From Prasinococcaceae sp. CCMP 1430 (taxonomy: Eukaryota > Plantae > Prasinodermophyta): a stretch of 64,000 bases of DNA. The stretch lies in NCBI GenBank assembly GCA_013416795.1, contig RQSC01000032.1:62001-126000 (forward strand), in the 5' to 3' direction. Positions within the stretch are counted from its first letter, which is position 1; each line of letters starts with the position of its first letter. The translations under genes were made by a program, and so were the position numbers. Under the pieces are notes generated by a model that was given only the letters and a program-made list of their open reading frames with translations, was not told where the DNA came from and made no database searches. Below are positions 60,101 through 64,000 of this stretch, one piece after another.

Positions 60101-62780
60101 CGACAAAATCTGGTGTCTGAATCTAGCGGACACTCACAGTAGCGCGAGGAGCGGCGACGGCGCGTTCGAGCTCGTCGGCACACTCCCTGCGGGGTTCGAG
60201 GCAACGGCTCGCTTGATTTTCAGCCGACCCACTGGGGTGATGGTGGCGTTCGGAGAGAACAGCTCGAGCGGCGACGCGGCGGGAGCGTATGTCATCCGCC
60301 ACTCGGCGAGTGCAGGCTCCGAGAGCGTCGTAGCGGTCACGCCTTTGGCAGCGAGCAGCGCGGCTACGTGGACTCCCGAGTACGTCAGTGGTGGGAGACA
60401 TGGCGCCTTTTTTGGTGAAGACAAGGGCCATCTCGTGTTGCTATGCAAGGGAGACGAACATGGTCGTGTCCCGACAGGGCCCGTCGACACCGCGGAGCTA
60501 AAGGAGGATGGGGTCACAGGACTATGGCACTATGTCGTTGGTGAGCGAGGGCTAGAGCCTTTTGAGGATGCATTCGCGTCAGCACTGCTGCCCTTACCTG
60601 CAACAGCTATGTTTGCCATGCCACACTTGGGCTCGCGTGCTGCACTTCTTGTCTGCTTCAGCGACCGCGCACAACCACGCCGCCGCGTGCTAGCGCTCGT
60701 GAGTGATATTGCCTCGGTGCCGTCGGACGATTCGCTCATCACGAGCGGGTCGTTCGAATTGGGTTTGTCAGAGAGGGTACTCGACGCCGTCTCAACGACC
60801 TTCCCCGTAGACGACCTGGTGGCGCGTACCGAAGATGTGGTGGCCGTGGTCGTTCTCACCGATTCGCGTGTCATCGTGCTTCTGGCATCATCGACGGAGC
60901 AAGGCGGCCCGGCGCTGCGACTCGTCACGTCGACCGGGGCGCACGCGTCCAGCACTTGCTCTGCCCACGCGGCGTCGAGTGCGCGCTATACCTCAATGGT
61001 GCTCGGTGGCCCGTGCGTATTCTTGCTCGATAGCCTGGGCATGTTATCATGGATGACATTCAGTGGTCGTACGGGCCCGATGAGAGCCCTGCCGGTCCCT
61101 ACCGGATTGGGCGTGTCATACGACGTCGGCGGGCTGTCCCTGGCTGCCGTGCTGCCCGACAGGGTCGTCTACACGGCATCCGGGGACAACGGCGGTCAAG
61201 TGCGCGCGTACGAGATCGCCGTTGGGCTGTTGGAGCCACTGGCGATAGGATTCCTTGACCTTGCGAGCGTCGCCAGGCACGCGGCCCCGCACGGAATCAG
61301 CAGCAAACTCCCGGACGACTTCACTATCACCTGGCTGCGCTGCGCGCTGGGTGTGTACAGCGCAGCAAACGCAACACCCAGGCTCGTGCGCGCTCTTCTG
61401 CGGGAAGGGTACGCCACACTCGCATCGGCTGTCGCCGATGTCGCGCACGTGGCCGGGCGGGTCTCAGCCGCGCAGACGCGTGCGGTGAAGCTTCACACTC
61501 TCGACGACGCGCAGCTGTCTCAGTGCGCGGCAGATTTGAGGCGCGAATTCGAGCGCAATCCGGCGTTCCCGGGTCTATTGGCCGAACAAGCCACGCTCGA
61601 CGGGACTGCGTGCGGACAGACGAAGTCTCTCCGGATGCAGATACGCGACCTGGCCGCCGCGAGCAGACGCGCGGGGGACCTCACGACCTCCGCGATAGCT
61701 GCTGACATGCTTGGCAACCCGTGGGGAGCATTGCAGTCGCTGCTTGCGACGCGCTCCGTGGACGGGGTAGTTCGCATGGCTGCGAACGCGGCCGCTGCTG
61801 CTTACGAGCTAAAGCAGCGGCGGGTCCTGCGGCAGCGTGGCTCTGTGCCCGCCGCGGGTCGCTACGACCTCTTGACGCTCGGATGCGTGCACGCCACGTG
61901 CATGGCATGGCTAAGGATGCAAGAGACAGCCATGAGCGACGAGACCACCACAGCTGCCACAGCCGTCGCTGGTGCCTCTGCCACTTTCAAGAGAGGTAGC
62001 CAATCATCGCCCTCAGGACGACCGCGTGCGCTGCTCCTCGACGACAAGGGCCTCATCTCGTCCGAGTCTGGCGACGGGACTGGTCAGCTGACGCTGGCAC
62101 CTGACAAAGCACAGGTTACGATAGCAGATTGCGTGGATCTCGTGAGTGCCCGAGCGGAGCCTGACGTGACCATGCGCGCCGACGCAGACGGCGCGAGGAC
62201 GCCACACATGCGGACGCGAGCGACCCTGTGGGACGCTTGCCAGCCACTGTCTGCGCAAGACAATGCATCGGCGAGAGGGGCGCAGGATCGCGCCCAGGAA
62301 GGCTCGGTCGCCAGCTTCAGCTGGCCATCACGCTCGCCGTCCCGTCCCAGCGGAATCGGCTCGACTGCATCTGGTGCACCTTCCCCTCACGCCACCGCCG
62401 GTACCCTCGACCTCGAGGATCTGATGGCCTTCTCGCCCCGCGGGGAGGACGACTCGACAGAGGTCAGCTCCGCGGTGCCTGGCCAGGACCTCTTCGGAGC
62501 AGATCCGTTTGGAGTGGGTGCAAGCATACCTGGTCCTGGCGCACGCGCGGTGCAAGACTCAGACTCTGACGACGATCCGTTCACTTTCGGCGCGAAGAAG
62601 AGCAAGTTCCGCGTGCACATCCGTGGCAAGGACGAGGCGATCGCACCAGCGGCCGCCGTGCCAAAGTTGGATATCAGACTTGGCGGCGGGGAGGTGGTGG
62701 GGACCGGCGAACCCTCCGGGAAGCAGTTCGCGTTCCGCATGTCCTCCAAGCAGCGCGGCTCGGACTCCGACTCCGACTGA
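57180..62780 (+). CDS. Large WD40/beta-propeller plus solenoid protein, TWD40-1/TTRAY-like (TPLATE/TSET complex)
   Basis: Intronless ORF of about 1866 aa. WD-like segments (VAFHP, MDMHPSQPMLMVG, LALHPDKPLL). GRHGAFFG, AVGLLEPLAIGF and C-terminal KKSKFRVHIRGK resemble plant TWD40-1 (from memory). Confidence 0.6.
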   Translation: MLPRLFRVNSPEFEPAPEPGDPDNESNQSGANDEEVSQQAPGGDARDVEQRRTPRVTAAAMLPRLFRVDSPEFTPRPEPGDPDYETADGAGGSDVTQQPPGDEQWEHVFFPGATSAAGDGSPTLPSAPVAAAAGTATSLQEQPPIDAFFDDHAFGGKAFAADGEATGHSEFESDPLQSLSIGRSEQEEAHATQQHTTTPSVDTWSSSDNDDTPARAAERLEVTEVDHSSASEDISKDRRLHFEEVGVLRVSLPDANADDGSYAGSVDDAGGCEWEVQAVAFHPFEESIAVSIVACAPSSSVCARDAGSHTRASVRLVDVPTGATMALGRVPESFNAALTALDFAPGPPLTLVGVAAGDNLPDSLGGSQRCHASHAVLVWRAAPGDGLRLLCTVSLDDMHTLLTPTVGQLQNKSLLSGSTRAPVRPPTALLSVAKKSTCSAGSSCRAFVAFAGESAQPAAVRVNVPLPSKPQRGRIDRAPDAFMLSELPAAERSATNSCTLGTGGSREEEAAWQSGRESRSSATSASSTAASTSLSTVAGLGTAAVSMVGSAARSVQSVSAMSAAVGGQMAAASVASKSPPVVSMDMHPSQPMLMVGKANGTLLFYRVSCDHPARSDTRDSVSPLAQIDTGAHALRWASFCASSTRSGNAGSGGCALVMCEGRALCVDVMDALQRVANRLHHGAGPVMPFTPSVVASTMLPSDSHVHGQARKGSTGRPLPRQLVHGGLCYSPALESKGSNGVLPAETLFVWDGAGRMRALVLMASTTPSHGTAARAGTAGAQLHTTASTQIPVQSLSASAPRCLALHPDKPLLCTPIPGLPDEGAGNGCVLKFYSASAYFDSVSASATDAATPTAATTTQWLGASRSGESAMSQMHSAHRGVGAETQSSSKRMPFIRVGSSARARAVAACAAAHAPSLYALLPVATDTGVAPYGDTGGAEPTASPPDSRAATSPLEQEGDWASVSVPATVPFVDGDKIWCLNLADTHSSARSGDGAFELVGTLPAGFEATARLIFSRPTGVMVAFGENSSSGDAAGAYVIRHSASAGSESVVAVTPLAASSAATWTPEYVSGGRHGAFFGEDKGHLVLLCKGDEHGRVPTGPVDTAELKEDGVTGLWHYVVGERGLEPFEDAFASALLPLPATAMFAMPHLGSRAALLVCFSDRAQPRRRVLALVSDIASVPSDDSLITSGSFELGLSERVLDAVSTTFPVDDLVARTEDVVAVVVLTDSRVIVLLASSTEQGGPALRLVTSTGAHASSTCSAHAASSARYTSMVLGGPCVFLLDSLGMLSWMTFSGRTGPMRALPVPTGLGVSYDVGGLSLAAVLPDRVVYTASGDNGGQVRAYEIAVGLLEPLAIGFLDLASVARHAAPHGISSKLPDDFTITWLRCALGVYSAANATPRLVRALLREGYATLASAVADVAHVAGRVSAAQTRAVKLHTLDDAQLSQCAADLRREFERNPAFPGLLAEQATLDGTACGQTKSLRMQIRDLAAASRRAGDLTTSAIAADMLGNPWGALQSLLATRSVDGVVRMAANAAAAAYELKQRRVLRQRGSVPAAGRYDLLTLGCVHATCMAWLRMQETAMSDETTTAATAVAGASATFKRGSQSSPSGRPRALLLDDKGLISSESGDGTGQLTLAPDKAQVTIADCVDLVSARAEPDVTMRADADGARTPHMRTRATLWDACQPLSAQDNASARGAQDRAQEGSVASFSWPSRSPSRPSGIGSTASGAPSPHATAGTLDLEDLMAFSPRGEDDSTEVSSAVPGQDLFGADPFGVGASIPGPGARAVQDSDSDDDPFTFGAKKSKFRVHIRGKDEAIAPAAAVPKLDIRLGGGEVVGTGEPSGKQFAFRMSSKQRGSDSDSD

Positions 62781-62965
62781 AGAGCCCTGCGCGTGACAGA
62801 TACGGCCTGAGCCCTGGCCCACCGGTGGCGCGCCCGCGCCGGCACGAGCGCCGTCTCAGCACGCGTCACCCTCAGCCCCCGCCCCCTTTCCTCCTCTCCT
62901 TCCCATCATCTACCACCCACAAGCGCTCCGCGCCGCCGCCTTGCCTCCCCCGTGGCCGCCGCAGA

Positions 62966-62966
<1 letters not shown>

Positions 62967-63011
<45 letters not shown>
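62967..63011. repeat. Poly-C run (45 nt)
   Basis: Directly visible homopolymer. Confidence 0.9.
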
Positions 63012-63012
<1 letters not shown>

Positions 63013-63168
63013 CCCGCAGCCCCGAGCTCCGCCCCTGCAGAAGGCGGGGCCGGGGCCAGGCGCGGCGGCAGTAACGGCTCTTGGCGGCGTGCTGAAGGGG
63101 CACCTACGTACTCCGCGCGCGGTGCGCGCGCGCACGCGCCGCGAAGGGGCAGCGCGCCGGCAATGCAT

Positions 63169-63186
63169 CTCTAGAAGGTTCCAGAG
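63169..63186 (+). promoter_or_regulatory. Heat-shock element-like array
   Basis: CTC-ta-GAA-gg-TTC-ca-GAG: alternating nGAAn/nTTCn pentamers (2 perfect, 2 with one mismatch), about 140 nt upstream of the ClpB-like ATG. Confidence 0.45.
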
Positions 63187-63325
63187 AACCCCGGCGCTTT
63201 TTCCCGCGGCGCAGGCGCGCGTGCGGGCAGCGGCGGCGGCGCCACAGGGCGCGCGGTGGACGCCCCCGCAAGCCGCTCACCCCCGTGCCTCTTCCCCCAT
63301 CCCCCCCCCCCAAAAGGGGGGCGCC

Positions 63326-63415
63326 ATGGCGCCGGCCCCGATGCAGTTCACTGAGGTGGCGCAAAAGGCGCTGGAGAACGCGCGGGCGGCGGCGCAGCGC
63401 GCGGGCCACGCGCAG
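63326..63415 (+). CDS. N-terminal fragment resembling ClpB/Hsp101 (Clp N repeat)
   Basis: MAPAPMQFTEVAQKALENARAAAQRAGHAQ matches the Clp_N pattern FT..A..AL..A...A...GH. The similarity breaks into low-complexity sequence immediately afterwards. Confidence 0.45.
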
Positions 63416-63923
63416 AGGAGGGGGGGGGGGGAAGGAGGCCAGACCGCGCCGCCACGGCGCGCGCGCGCGGTGTGCGCGGGGCATCGCGCCATCAAAACGC
63501 ATGCGCGCGCGACCGCACGAGCAACAAACAACACACACGGGGCGCCAATGAAAAAAAGGGGGGAAAAAGATAAAAAAAGGCATTTGACCTGCACGTATCG
63601 TACTTTGAAAAACGGGCCTAAAAGTTATTTTTCCCCAAAAAAATAAAAAAAAGGCTCGGAACCCTTCGTACGCCAGGCGGACACTGCTGTATTTTTTGTT
63701 TTTTTTTTTGTACCTGGGTACTGTAGTCACTACTGTACAGAGGTCTCCAAAAAAATCGTACGCCTCGCCAGGCGGATGTACGCCCGCCCAAAAATCGTTC
63801 CAGCGCGCGCCGCTTGGCCAGGGCGCCCAGTTTTACCCGCGCTACTCATAGAGACTTTCCGCACCCCCGCCGGTGCAGCGAGGCGCCGTCATGCGGGGCG
63901 AAATGCCCCCGCGCGCGCGCCTC

Positions 63924-63927
<4 letters not shown>

Positions 63928-63977
<50 letters not shown>
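63928..63977. repeat. Poly-A run (50 nt)
   Basis: Directly visible homopolymer ending an AT-rich island. Confidence 0.9.
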
Positions 63978-63979
<2 letters not shown>

Positions 63980-64000
63980 AATCGCGGAGCGGAGCGCGCG

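Noticed and set aside
1-64000. tRNA, rRNA or autonomous transposase/RT genes
   Set aside because: I recognised no cloverleaf, rRNA-like segment, or transposase, RT or integrase motifs by eye. A tRNAscan or Infernal run is needed to exclude small RNAs.

Overview
This is a gene-dense, very GC-rich eukaryotic nuclear region from a chlorophyll b-containing green alga. HCAR, PsaN-like and TSP9-like plastid genes are present, with short GT-AG introns (GTGCGY donors, CTGAC branch points). The composition and compactness resemble a prasinophyte or Prasinoderma-type genome; this is inference. About 30 protein genes were called, many in head-to-head pairs: MYCBPAP-like, EamA, PIGA, NAR1, two BTB proteins (one NPH3/NRL-like), TrpG, DUF1244, HCAR, two 2OG-Fe(II) oxygenases, CAF-1 large subunit, VPS4, CBP3, ATG18, a Deg protease, FOP/CEP43, DnaJ, MBOAT, COP-zeta, lipase 3, WBP2-like, GGH, TWD40-like and a ClpB/Hsp101 fragment. 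The most notable items are a homeodomain fused to the CAF-1 large subunit, an intronless secreted protein of the bacterial N,N-dimethylformamidase-like family, algal TSP9-like and NPH3-like proteins, a membrane-anchored pseudokinase, and recurring intergenic motifs (GTACCATC-n-GATGGTAC palindromes and ATGCGTTTTGATGG). There is a 524-nt N gap, and several apparent 1-nt frame breaks suggest residual indel errors. All family assignments come from motif recognition by eye; no searches were run.
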